This document shows positions 16,413-24,720 of a stretch of DNA of 64,000 bases, piece after piece. The stretch comes from an uncultured Planctomycetota bacterium. GTDB taxonomy: Bacteria > Planctomycetota > PLA2 > JAEUHO01. Under the pieces are notes generated by a model. That model did not search any database and was not told the DNA's origin. It worked only from the letters and a program-made list of their open reading frames with translations. The stretch is from positions 78,918 through 142,917 of the forward strand of contig CAVVXN010000004.1 in the NCBI GenBank assembly GCA_963752285.1. The letters run 5' to 3'. Position 1 is the stretch's first letter, and each line of letters begins with the position of its first letter. The translations under genes were made by a program, and so were the position numbers.

Positions 16413-17831
16413 ATGGTCCATGCCGTGGGAAGGAAGTCGAATCGCCGGCTCGCCGTGATCGTCCTCGCGCTGATCGGCGTGGGCTTGATCGCCCTGGACC
16501 CGTTCGGCCTCCGGTCCGGGCCCGCCGTCCGCGGCGCCGACCCGGCGCGCCAGGCCCGGGCGGGGACCCGGGACCCCTCGCTCGTCGGGCAGGGCGAGAC
16601 GGTCGTGCGTCCCGGCCCCGAAACGCCGCACGCGCCCTCGGCTCCCTCCAGAGCCGCCGACCCGACTCCGCACGCGGCCGACGCGCCGCCGCTCGCGGAT
16701 CGGCGCAACGCGCCCGGCGCCGACGCGACGACGCCGCCCGACGTGCTCGAAGGGACGCTCTTCGACGGGGACGCGCCGATCGGCGAGGGGACGGGGCTCC
16801 TCTGGCGCGGCCAAAACGCGACCACCGCCGGGAGCATCCCGGTGGGCGACGAGCCCCAAGAGCGCGCGCTCGTCACGCGGGACGGGCTCATCCGGTTCGC
16901 CGGCCTCGAGGCCGGGCCCTGGTACCTCGGCGTGGACCTCGGCGACGGCGTCCAGCGGCTCGCCTACCTCCAGCGAACGACCGGGGTGACCGACAACCCG
17001 CGGATCCTCCTCGGCCTCGGGCACGCGGCGGTCGCCGGCACGGTGTGGGGCGAGGACGGCGCGCCCGTCGTTGGCGCGGTCGTCCGGGTCGGTCCCGCCG
17101 TCGCGTCCGTCCGCGGCGTGCTCCTCGCCCAGACGAAGACGGACCGCGACGGGGTGTACGAGATCCGCCGGCTCTCCGCGGGCCCCGCCTGGGTCACCTT
17201 CGCGCTGACGGGCGACCTCGACGACGAGACGACGACCCACCACCGCCGCGTCGCGCTGGAGGAGGGACGCGTCACGACGCTCGACTTCGGGACGGCCCGA
17301 GGTCTCGTGGCGTTCCAGGGGACGGTCCGGTGCGAGGACGGGACCGCCGTGACGGGCGGGGGGCAGATCATCCTCTCGACGAAGCAGCCGAGCGGGTTCC
17401 TGATCGTCCGCTTCGACGCGGAGGGCCACTACGTGCAGCGGGTCGCCGAGGGGGTCTACGACGTGTCGATCTGGCCGCCTGGCGCCTCCGGCCTCGAGGC
17501 CTACCGTCGCGAGACGCCGCTCTCCCTCTCGGGCACGCAGGTGAACGAGGACCTCGTGCTGCCCGGCGCCCGGATCGTCGGAGCCCTCGACCCCGTGCCC
17601 GCCGGTCCGGCCACGACGTACCTCCGGGTCCAGCGGAAGGCCGACGCCGCGGGAGCGGTCCGGCCGGGGTCGGGTCGCTCGGTGGCCGTGGGCGAGGACG
17701 GCCGCTACGCCGTGTTCGGCCTCGCGCCCGGGACGTACGTGGTCGAGACCGGTCCGCGCCGCGCCGAGCCCGCGAACGTCGAGATCGTGGAGGGGCAGGC
17801 GGAGGCGCGGGTGGACCTCCGACTCGAATAG
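16413..17831 (+). CDS. membrane-anchored carboxypeptidase-regulatory-like (prealbumin-fold) repeat protein
   Basis: N-terminal TM helix, Pro-rich linker, repeated GTV..EDG.PV.GA.V / TD.DG.Y / GL.PG.Y motifs. Confidence 0.8.
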   Translation: MVHAVGRKSNRRLAVIVLALIGVGLIALDPFGLRSGPAVRGADPARQARAGTRDPSLVGQGETVVRPGPETPHAPSAPSRAADPTPHAADAPPLADRRNAPGADATTPPDVLEGTLFDGDAPIGEGTGLLWRGQNATTAGSIPVGDEPQERALVTRDGLIRFAGLEAGPWYLGVDLGDGVQRLAYLQRTTGVTDNPRILLGLGHAAVAGTVWGEDGAPVVGAVVRVGPAVASVRGVLLAQTKTDRDGVYEIRRLSAGPAWVTFALTGDLDDETTTHHRRVALEEGRVTTLDFGTARGLVAFQGTVRCEDGTAVTGGGQIILSTKQPSGFLIVRFDAEGHYVQRVAEGVYDVSIWPPGASGLEAYRRETPLSLSGTQVNEDLVLPGARIVGALDPVPAGPATTYLRVQRKADAAGAVRPGSGRSVAVGEDGRYAVFGLAPGTYVVETGPRRAEPANVEIVEGQAEARVDLRLE

Positions 17832-17944
17832 GCGCCGCGCGGTCCACGATAGGCTCGGTGGTCGCCCCGGAGAAGCGCCATGGCTCGTGCGGCGTCTCCA
17901 GGGAGCGCGGGGCCGGCACGTCCGGTAGGAGATAGAGTCGCGGG

Positions 17945-19681
17945 GTGAGCTCGACGGGAGGGCGGATGCGGCGTCGGCGGGCCTGGGGACGGCCTCTCTT
18001 CCTCGTCCTCGGCGTCGGCGTGGCCCTCGCATCGACGAGCGGGCGGACGGCGTGCGCCGAGGACTCCGTGGACGCGGCCTACCGGGCGCTGCTCGACGCC
18101 TGGAAGCAGAAGCGATACGGCGAGGTCGCCCGGGACGCGCACCGCTTCCTCGAAGCGCATCCCGACTTCCGGTACGCGGCCGCCGTCGAGTACCTGGGGG
18201 GGAACGCGGCCCTCGAGGTCCAGTCGTGGGAGGTCGCCGAGCGGTTCTACCGCCGGCTGGTCCGGGAACATCCCGACGACAAGAGGGCCGGCGAGGCGCG
18301 GAACGAGCTCGTGACGGTCTTCGATCGCACGGGCCGGTACGAGGCGTGCCTCGCGCAGTGTCGGGAGAACCTGGCTCTCTACCCAGGCTCGCCACGCACG
18401 CGGCGCTGGCGGTTCGAGGCGGGCCGGTCGCTGTTCCGGCTCTGGCGATTCGACGAGGCGAAGCGTGAGATCGAGGCGCTCCTCGCGGAGCATCCCGGTA
18501 GACCCTGGGAAGAGCGGGCCCGAGCGCTCCTCGACCGCATCGAGCCCGTGCTCGACGCCGACGACAGCGGGGCCGTGGGCGGGTACGACGGCAAGTACGT
18601 GGAAGACGTGCGGTTCCAGAGAGAGGCCGCGCGCCTGCCCGATCTCGTGGACGAGGCCTGGAAGCGACTCGACGTGGCGCTCGGGCTCCGGCCGGGCGTT
18701 CGACCTCGCGTGCTCTTCACCTTCGAGGACGCGCGTCCAGGCGCGGGCGGCGGGGTCGAGGGACGAACCGACACCGTGGCGATCGAGGGCAAGCCGGCGG
18801 TGCGGATCCACCTCGTCACGGAGTACGTGGTGCTCTCGCCCGAGGACTACGAGACCCGTGTGTGCCACGAGATGACGCATGCCGCGCTGCGGGCCGCGAT
18901 GGGACGCTCGTACGACGCCCTGCCCGCCTGGGTGCGCGAAGGACTCGCGGTCTACGCCGCCGGGCAGATGGACGACCGCGTCGCGGCGATCGTGAGCAAC
19001 CAGGTCTTCACGGGGAAGCCCCTCGCCGGACTCGTGAACGGCCTGGAGACGCGGCGGCACGACTTCGTCGACTACCTGGAGGACGTCCTCGCGTTCGACT
19101 GGCTGGAGGGCCGAAGGCGGGGCGCCGTCCGCGACTTCACCGCGCGGCTGCTCGGCGGCGAGGACCACCAGGCGGCGTTCTCGGCCGCGTCGGACCTGCC
19201 CTTCGACGAGGCGGTGCGTGCGGCGGAACAGCACGCCCGCGAACGGGTGAACGAGGTGGTTGGAGACGACGGCCGCGCGTACGAGAGGATCCGCGCCCGC
19301 CTGTTCGCCGCCGCGAAGGCGGGGCGCCTCGTGGCCTGGCTCCAGGGCCCCGACGCCGTGTGGCTCCGCTCGTTCGTCGTGGCCCGGCCGCGCCACGCGC
19401 TCGCGCCGAACGCGCGGTACCGCCTCGGTCGCGCCCTCGTGGAGACGGGACACGGCGCCGAGGGGCGGCCCATGCTCCAGCACGTCGTGGACGTGGACCT
19501 CGCGCGAACCTCGATCGCGGACGACGCGGCCTACTGGATCGCCCGGTCGTACGAGAAGGACGGCGACGCGACGAAGGCGCGCGAGGCCTGGTCCGTGTTC
19601 CTTCGCGATTTCGCGTGGGCGCGCCAGACCAAGGAGGCGCCGCCCGACGTGAAGCCCGCCGGCCCGCTCCGCGCGCCCTGA
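17945..19681 (+). CDS. secreted TPR-containing HExxH metallopeptidase (gluzincin, peptidase MA-like)
   Basis: Signal peptide, TPR-like helices, CHEMTH and LPAWVREGLAVY motifs. Confidence 0.8.
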   Translation: MSSTGGRMRRRRAWGRPLFLVLGVGVALASTSGRTACAEDSVDAAYRALLDAWKQKRYGEVARDAHRFLEAHPDFRYAAAVEYLGGNAALEVQSWEVAERFYRRLVREHPDDKRAGEARNELVTVFDRTGRYEACLAQCRENLALYPGSPRTRRWRFEAGRSLFRLWRFDEAKREIEALLAEHPGRPWEERARALLDRIEPVLDADDSGAVGGYDGKYVEDVRFQREAARLPDLVDEAWKRLDVALGLRPGVRPRVLFTFEDARPGAGGGVEGRTDTVAIEGKPAVRIHLVTEYVVLSPEDYETRVCHEMTHAALRAAMGRSYDALPAWVREGLAVYAAGQMDDRVAAIVSNQVFTGKPLAGLVNGLETRRHDFVDYLEDVLAFDWLEGRRRGAVRDFTARLLGGEDHQAAFSAASDLPFDEAVRAAEQHARERVNEVVGDDGRAYERIRARLFAAAKAGRLVAWLQGPDAVWLRSFVVARPRHALAPNARYRLGRALVETGHGAEGRPMLQHVVDVDLARTSIADDAAYWIARSYEKDGDATKAREAWSVFLRDFAWARQTKEAPPDVKPAGPLRAP

Positions 19682-19856
19682 GGCCGACCGGGCGGCGAAG
19701 CCGGCGCGGTCGCACACCTCGCCTCGGCCTCCCGGGTCCGCGAGAGGGCCGCGCCGAGCGAACCGACGTCTCCCGGACGGCGCCCGGACCGCCGACACGT
19801 CGCCAACGCGTACGCCCCCGGGCGGTACGATGGGCGGGTCGATCCCGGGGGAGGAG

Positions 19857-20846
19857 ATGGACCGCGGCGCCGCGCGCTCGAATCGTCGGGGATGGCCGCC
19901 CGCCGTGGGGGGCGCTCTCCTGCTGGCGCTCGTAGTCGTCGGCGGCCGGGCGGTCGCGCACCAGGACGCCGTCGAGGCGCCTCGCGTTCGGGGATGGCGC
20001 ACGCCGGCCCCCCCCGAGCACGCGGTGGACGTCGTGTTCGTGGGCGACGGATACCAGAAGAAGCATCTGTCGCCGAGCGGGAAGTACTGGACCGACGTCA
20101 ATCGCTACGCGAAGCGGTTCCTCGAGGAGCCGCCGATGTCCTGGTACCGCGACTCCATCAACGTGTGGGCGGTGTTCCTGGAGTCGAAGGACGCCGGCGT
20201 GGACGGCGACACGGCGCTCGGGTGTCACTTCATCGACGACCGTCGCGTCGTGTTCCGGAACGAGAAGGCGGTCCGCGCGGCCGTGTCCCTCGTCCCGAGC
20301 GCCGACATCGCCCTCGTCATGGTCAACGTCGAGCGCTCGGGCGGCTGCGGCACCGTCCTCTCGCCCCTCGATCGCGGCGACCCGTACTTTCCCGCGCCGA
20401 CCTTCTCCGCGCAGGACACGTCGTCGTTCGACATCGCGCTCCACGAGCTCGGCCACAGCTTCGCGGGGCTGGCCGACGAGTACGCCGACTCGACCGTCGC
20501 GGACGAGTTCCCGCTACCGAAGGACGGGAAGGATCTCGACTTCCCGAACGTGACCCTGGCGTCCGTCCTCGACGCGACCAGCCCCGAGACGATCCGCAAG
20601 ACCGCGAAGTGGGCCCGCTTCCTCGACTGGAAGGGTGCCGACCACTGGACGTGGGCGTACGAGGGGGGGTACTTCCGCGAGCACGGGGTGTACCGGCCGT
20701 TCCCACGCTGCAAGATGCGGGACCGTGGCGAGCCGTTCTGCCCCCTCTGTTGCGCAACGTTCGCGCAGGCCATCTGCAAGACCGCCGGCATCGACTTCGA
20801 CGAGGCGGGGTACGCGCGGAAGCACCCGCTGCAGCTCTGGCGATAG
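19857..20846 (+). CDS. M64-family (IgA peptidase-like) metallopeptidase
   Basis: VDVVFVGDGY, HELGHSFAGLADEY, YEGG, CKM...FCPLC; GAGGAG RBS. Confidence 0.85.
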   Translation: MDRGAARSNRRGWPPAVGGALLLALVVVGGRAVAHQDAVEAPRVRGWRTPAPPEHAVDVVFVGDGYQKKHLSPSGKYWTDVNRYAKRFLEEPPMSWYRDSINVWAVFLESKDAGVDGDTALGCHFIDDRRVVFRNEKAVRAAVSLVPSADIALVMVNVERSGGCGTVLSPLDRGDPYFPAPTFSAQDTSSFDIALHELGHSFAGLADEYADSTVADEFPLPKDGKDLDFPNVTLASVLDATSPETIRKTAKWARFLDWKGADHWTWAYEGGYFREHGVYRPFPRCKMRDRGEPFCPLCCATFAQAICKTAGIDFDEAGYARKHPLQLWR

Positions 20847-20939
20847 CGAGACCCCACAAGCGGGGCCGTCCCACGGCCGTGCGTTCGTGAGGACCCTCGG
20901 CAGGCACCGCCCCGGAACGGGCGGCGGACCGTTCGCCGG

Positions 20940-21390
20940 GCGCGACCGTCGCGCCGCTGCGACGACTGCCGGCCCGAGCGGACGGCGGCGAGCTGGTACT
21001 GGGGATGGGGCTATCGCGGGATGGGGGGCGTCGTCACCACCGCTACGGATCTCCTCCGATGGGACCGCGCGGCGCATCGCGGGCGAGCTCGACCGGGCCG
21101 CGGCGGCACACGAGACAGACGTTGGGCCCGGGAGCGGCGCGGAGGGCGCAGCCGCCTTCCAAGGCGGCCTGTACCTGCTCGCGTACGGCGCCGACACGCG
21201 CCTCCACCTCTCGGTCCCCGTCCAGGCCGAGTCCCGCGGCATCGACGAGAAGTGCCTGGCGCTCGAGGACCCCCGCACGCTCCTCCTCCTCGAAGACGGA
21301 CCACGAGGCATGTGGCCGATGCTGGTCAAGATGAACGTCCCCGCTGCCCGCGGACTGGCCGAGGCCTTCGGGAAGTCGTCCGCGCGCTGA
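20940..21390 (+). pseudogene. probable remnant of a beta-lactamase-like serine hydrolase gene
   Basis: One frame reads WYWGWGYRGMGGVVTTATDLLRWDRA, like the GGxxxTxxDLxRW motif; protein-like sequence continues in another frame to 21390; no clear start. Confidence 0.35.
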
Positions 21391-21542
21391 CGCAGGACGG
21401 GCGAGGCGGGGCTTGGCCGCCGCGCGCTCGGGCATCCGCCCCGTCCGCCCCGGCGCCACCGGCTCGCGGCCGATGCGGTGACCCGCACGCAGCGTGCGGG
21501 ACCGGCCCCCCGCCGCCGCGGCGGCGCTCACCGCCGCGCGCC

Positions 21543-22493
21543 TCAGGTGAGCCGGCGCAGGACCAGACGCGCGACGCCGAGGAGCACGAGCGCGTTCGCC
21601 GCGATCCGGAGCGGGGGGATCTCGGGCCGCGGGAACGACAGGCGTACCCAGTCGGCCTGACGGTGCCAGACGCCGAGCCGCAGTCTCGCCTCGTGGCGGA
21701 GGAGGACGAGGTCGCCGTCCTCGGGCTCCCGCTCGGGATCGATCCCCACCAGGTCGCCCGCCTCGACGCGGGGATGGCCGTCGTCGCACGTCGCGCGCCA
21801 GAGCCAACGCGCGCCGTCCAGGACTGCGCGGTCCACGTGGACCACCTCGCCCGCGCCCGACCGGTCGGGATCGTCCACGACGGGGAGCGCGACGTCGGCG
21901 CGCGCGACCGGAGCCGGGGCTCCGTCGTGGGCCGTCGCCGGCGCTGGCGAGGGCGCGTGCGCGAGCACGCTCGGCAGCACGCGGACGAGCGCGTTTCGCT
22001 CGGCGGGCGTCGTGCCTTCGAGGAGCGTCTCCGAGCGCGCCTCCGCCTCGTCCACGTTCTTGACGCCGCCCAGCCGGCCGAGGAGTCGCGCGACCAGGGC
22101 CTGCTGGCCGGGACCGAGGTCGAGGAAGTGGCTCAGCGGCTCGACGACGCGCGGGCCGCGGGCGAGGTGGAACAGGGTGGTGGCGAGGATCCGGTCGCGG
22201 CTCCTCTGGACCTGCCCGCTCTCGCGCTGCATCCGTTCGAGGTGCCGGCGGACGGGGGCGGGGGAGCGCTCGAGGGCGGCCGCCTCCTGGAGGGGGCCGT
22301 CCTCGATCCCGAGCGCCCGGCAGAGCGCCCGGATCACGCGCGGGCTCGGCGGGCGCCGGCGCCGGGACTCGAGGACGCTGATGTAGGAGCCCGTGAGACC
22401 GGCCCGCCGGGCGAGCGCGGACTGGGAGAGCCCGGAGAGGCGGCGGGCCTCCTTCAGCTTCTCGGCGAAGGTCTTCTCGGTCACGGTCGTCAT
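21543..22493 (-). CDS. XRE-family HTH regulator with degenerate S24/LexA-like C-terminal domain
   Basis: FAEKLKEARRLSGLSQSALARRAGLTGSYISVLES HTH; C-terminal PRVEAGDLVGIDP..PEDGDLV. Confidence 0.85.
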   Translation of the reverse strand: MTTVTEKTFAEKLKEARRLSGLSQSALARRAGLTGSYISVLESRRRRPPSPRVIRALCRALGIEDGPLQEAAALERSPAPVRRHLERMQRESGQVQRSRDRILATTLFHLARGPRVVEPLSHFLDLGPGQQALVARLLGRLGGVKNVDEAEARSETLLEGTTPAERNALVRVLPSVLAHAPSPAPATAHDGAPAPVARADVALPVVDDPDRSGAGEVVHVDRAVLDGARWLWRATCDDGHPRVEAGDLVGIDPEREPEDGDLVLLRHEARLRLGVWHRQADWVRLSFPRPEIPPLRIAANALVLLGVARLVLRRLT

Positions 22494-22521
22494 CCTACGG
22501 GTCCGGGGCCCTGTCCATGCC

Positions 22522-22561
22522 TGACAAGTCATCGAGGGAATGTCGTTGACTAACCAGTTAG
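22522..22561. promoter_or_regulatory. two related palindromes, candidate XRE operators
   Basis: TGAC-aa-GTCA (22522-22531) and CTAAC-ca-GTTAG (22550-22561), shared CTrACmAGTyA. Confidence 0.5.
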
Positions 22562-22573
22562 AGATGGTAGCCT
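22546..22573 (+). promoter_or_regulatory. sigma70-like promoter
   Basis: TTGACT-16 nt-TAGCCT with extended TGn, in an AT-rich patch of a GC-rich genome. Confidence 0.6.
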
Positions 22574-22577
22574 CCCC

Positions 22578-22785
22578 CTGTCGGTGGCGGCCCGGGTGGT
22601 CCGGGCCGGGCCGACCGGAAAGGGTTCGGTGGGTCCCGAGACAACGCACGGTCGACGGACGCGAGCGAGGCGGGGGCTGAGGCCGAACACAAGGAACGGG
22701 TCGGACGGGCTCGAAATCCCCAAGTCGCGCCGGACGCCTTTCACGGGGCGCCCGCTCCTACGGGGGCGGGCGCCCCCCTTCGTTT
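22578..22785 (+). ncRNA. candidate ~200-nt small RNA
   Basis: Bounded by the promoter and a terminator-like hairpin; 5' stem-loop at ~22580-22614; no convincing ORF. Confidence 0.4.
22745..22785 (+). terminator. intrinsic-terminator-like hairpin with C(UACG)G tetraloop
   Basis: GGGGCGCCCGCTCC-TACG-GGGGCGGGCGCCCC followed by ccttcgttt. Confidence 0.7.
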
Positions 22786-23032
22786 CGGGGGCGCAGCGGC
22801 GAGGAACGCCCGGCGCGAAGCGGCGCGCGGCCGAATCTGGCCAATTCGCCACCGCCTCGTGCGCGCCCTTCTCGACTCCTTCACGTGGTGCAGGCGGACG
22901 CGCCCGCGAACGGCGCGGATTCGGCAAAAGATTCGCGACTCCTATGCCGATCGAAACCCTGCACGGGGGAGGGCCGGCACGGCGTTTGGTCGAAGCATCG
23001 ATCGAGGGACCGCGTCGGAGGTCGGGATCGTC

Positions 23033-23533
23033 ATGATGCGAGCGAACGTCCGCCGAACCGAGGGGGCAGTCATCGCGAGAGGAGGGGCCCCGCGCTTCGC
23101 GCCGCGTCCGGTTGGACCGTACGCCGCGCATCCGACGCGACACGTGCTCCCGAGGCTCGGCGCCTTCCTCGCGCTGGCCGTTCTCGCGTCCAGCGCATGG
23201 GCAGCCATCGGCGAGTATCGCTGCACGGACCCGGCGCGTGTCTATCACGGCAACCCGCGCCTCATCCGCAAGCCCGCGGTCATCTCCGCCGACCGCGTGT
23301 ACGAGAGGATCCCCGAGTACAAGCAGATCGTGGACGAGGGTCTCTCGGACAAGGACGTCCGCTACCACTTCCTCATGAAGAAGGCGTCCGAGCGCTTCGC
23401 GAAGGCGGTGAAGTCGATGGCCGGCGCGCTCGGCTACGACTTCGTGGCCGAGATCGGGACGATCAAGAGGGAGAAGCAGGATGCCGACGCCCCGCCCGAT
23501 CGCACGGACGACGTGATCGAGCGTCTCGGCTGA
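23033..23533 (+). CDS. exported protein resembling a truncated OmpH/Skp
   Basis: Signal peptide; PAVISADRVYERIPEYK...AVKSMA..GYDFV...DRTDDVIERL pattern; start uncertain. Confidence 0.6.
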   Translation: MMRANVRRTEGAVIARGGAPRFAPRPVGPYAAHPTRHVLPRLGAFLALAVLASSAWAAIGEYRCTDPARVYHGNPRLIRKPAVISADRVYERIPEYKQIVDEGLSDKDVRYHFLMKKASERFAKAVKSMAGALGYDFVAEIGTIKREKQDADAPPDRTDDVIERLG

Positions 23534-23535
23534 CC

Positions 23536-24711
23536 GTGCGCCGCGCCTGGCTCGGCGCGCTCCTCGTCGTCGCTTCGCTTTCCCGTGCCCGGGCCGAGGA
23601 CGAGCCGCGAAGGAGCCCCTTCCTCGGGCCCGGCGGCGAGGTGCGGACGATCTTCCGTCCGGAGTTCCGGGACGCGCCGGGCCTCCTCGATGACCTCGCC
23701 CGGTTCGGCGTCGAGGGCCTCCAGGCGTCCGTCGTCGGTCCCGAGGTCGCCGTGCCCGGGCCCAACAAGCCGCCCGTGGGCGCGCGTCTCCTGCTCCGGG
23801 GCGACGCCGAGGTGGTGGCGCGCGCGCGCGAGGTGCTGGTCTACCTCGACGTGCCGCGCCCGAGCGTCGTCGTGTCGCTGCTCGTGTGCGAGGTGCGCGC
23901 GACGGGACGGTCGGAGCGCGGCGGGCACGTGTTCCTGGATCGCGTCCAGCCGAGCGGGGCGCCCGACTCGATCGTTCGGGGCGCGTTCGCCGACTTCGAG
24001 CCCGAGTCCTACCTGCGGTCGGCCTTGACCGGCGTCGCCCCGTTCCAGGGGACGAGTCTCACGTTCGGTACCTCGCCCAGCGACGTGGCGGAGAACGGGG
24101 CGTTCGAGTACGTCCTCCGCCTCCTGGCCGAGGAGGGCGAGGCCGAGTTCCTCGCGTGGCCCACGGTCGTGGTCTCGGAGGGGTCACCGGGCGTCATCGA
24201 GAGCCACACGCGTCTGCCCGACGTCGTCCTCTCCGGGGCGGGGCCGAACGCCGTGGCCCTCGGCCGCGCGATCGAGACCGGCCTGGTCCTGACCGTCACG
24301 CCCCAGCGCGTCTCGCGCGACGCCGCGGTGCTCGGACTCGTCGTGGACCTCGCGTACGCCGAACCCGAGTCGCCTTCGGCCGGCAGCGCCTCGCCGTGGA
24401 TCCTGCGCAAGCGGCGCGTCCAGACCCTGGTGAGCGTTCGCGACCAGGAGCCCGTGCTCCTCGGCGGCCTCTACCTGAGGCGCCACATTCGAAACCGATA
24501 CGGCGTGCCCTGGATCTCCAGCACGCCGGGCCTGGAGGAGGTGGGCTCCGCCGAGTCGCTCGACTGCGTCACGACGGAACTCCTGCTCTCGATCCGGGCC
24601 CGGGTGCGTGTGGCGGCATCCGACTCGGGGCGCTTCGTGGCGCCGGGCGTGGCGCGACGGATGGAGCGCCGGTCCCGCGCGGCGGACCCCGGCGCCCCTC
24701 GTCCTCGCTGA
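23536..24711 (+). CDS. secretin-family (type II/III secretion, GspD-like) outer-membrane protein
   Basis: LDVPRPSVVV, LAWPTVVV, ETGLVLTVTP, KRRVQTLVSVRDQEPVLLGGL, GVPWISSTPGL, TELLL. Confidence 0.8.
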   Translation: MRRAWLGALLVVASLSRARAEDEPRRSPFLGPGGEVRTIFRPEFRDAPGLLDDLARFGVEGLQASVVGPEVAVPGPNKPPVGARLLLRGDAEVVARAREVLVYLDVPRPSVVVSLLVCEVRATGRSERGGHVFLDRVQPSGAPDSIVRGAFADFEPESYLRSALTGVAPFQGTSLTFGTSPSDVAENGAFEYVLRLLAEEGEAEFLAWPTVVVSEGSPGVIESHTRLPDVVLSGAGPNAVALGRAIETGLVLTVTPQRVSRDAAVLGLVVDLAYAEPESPSAGSASPWILRKRRVQTLVSVRDQEPVLLGGLYLRRHIRNRYGVPWISSTPGLEEVGSAESLDCVTTELLLSIRARVRVAASDSGRFVAPGVARRMERRSRAADPGAPRPR

Positions 24712-24720
24712 CCGGCGCGC

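Noticed and set aside
22600-22740. GGA motifs suggesting a CsrB-like RNA
   Set aside because: About five GGA in 200 nt is close to chance at this composition
22926-22952. Sigma28-like promoter (caaaag-15-gccgat) before the Skp-like gene
   Set aside because: GCCGAT is common at this GC content and the -35 match is weak
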